In this document: one piece after another, positions 63,924 to 64,000 of the stretch
Layout: each line of letters begins with the position of its first letter
Position numbering within the stretch: the first letter of the stretch is position 1
NCBI GenBank assembly: GCA_026396015.1
Contig: JAPLXP010000003.1
Span: forward strand, 105,810-169,809
Source of the DNA: Candidatus Nomurabacteria bacterium
GTDB lineage: Bacteria; Patescibacteriota; Minisyncoccia; Phycocordibacterales; UBA9973
Direction: 5' to 3'
DNA length: 64,000 nucleotides
Notes under the pieces: generated by a model
Told to the model about the DNA's origin: nothing
The model's input: the letters and a program-made list of their open reading frames with translations, nothing else
Database searches by the model: none
Program-made: the position numbers and the translations under genes

Positions 63924-64000
63924 ATGAAAATATATTTCTCAGGGTCAATACGTGGAGGGAGGGGGCATCAAGCTTGGTATGATTATATTGTAAAACAGAT
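63924..64000 (+). CDS. 2'-deoxynucleoside 5'-phosphate N-hydrolase (DNPH1/Rcl-like), 5' partial
   Basis: MKIYFSGSIRGGRGHQAWY matches the DNPH1 N-terminal M.IYF.GSIRGGR motif. Runs off the window end. Confidence 0.4.
   Translation, partial: MKIYFSGSIRGGRGHQAWYDYIVKQ

Noticed and set aside
1-64000. Alternative genetic code (UGA = Gly or Trp) as the explanation for the absent TGA stops
   Set aside because: No gene is interrupted by in-frame TGA when read with the standard code, and an RF2 gene is present. TGA looks avoided rather than reassigned, and this is reported as a finding instead.

Overview
This is a 64 kb low-GC (about 35%) stretch of densely packed bacterial genes. The gene content suggests a small-genome, monoderm-like bacterium of the CPR/Patescibacteria type, but that is inference only. 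The 8 tRNAs, all terminators and all coordinates were called by hand and remain unverified.

Main content, in order: a ZIP metal transporter running off the window start (minus strand, missing from the ORF track), recG, a two-component pair plus mscL, and a malic enzyme. A large type IV pilus and competence locus follows (comFC, pilMNO, pilB, a receiver-only regulator, pilT, pilC, two pilin genes, pilD and four minor or pseudo-pilins). It has no secretin, and a Gtr-like glycosylation cassette (GT2, GT-C-like membrane protein, methyltransferase, GtrA) sits between the two pilin genes. After that come ligA, gatCA and a tRNA cluster (Met/Ile-CAT x2, Asp, Thr x2), then a shortened RF2, ftsEX, pyrG, a LOG-family gene and tRNA-Gln. 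Further on are queD, a CDF transporter and a mannoside-salvage operon (PMM-like HAD, PMI cupin, two GH130-like phosphorylases), then an ECF sigma module and a MacAB-like efflux pump. The window ends with a thymidylate/folate cluster (dCMP deaminase, MazG-like, folA, thyA, glyA, partial DNPH1-like).

The most unusual signals are: (1) a GC-rich palindromic element inserted in-frame in the ligA zinc finger, with an inverted copy in an ABC-transporter spacer and a related copy next to a tRNA; (2) a family of roughly 130-150 nt structured elements attached to tRNA 3' ends and closed by direct repeats of the tRNA 3' terminus (tRNA-Asp and tRNA-Gln, plus a degenerate third copy); (3) partial 5' tRNA duplications upstream of two tRNAs, one of which has an apparent ACU anticodon; (4) no TGA codon seen in any of about 85 reading frames, alongside an RF2 gene without the frameshift leader.
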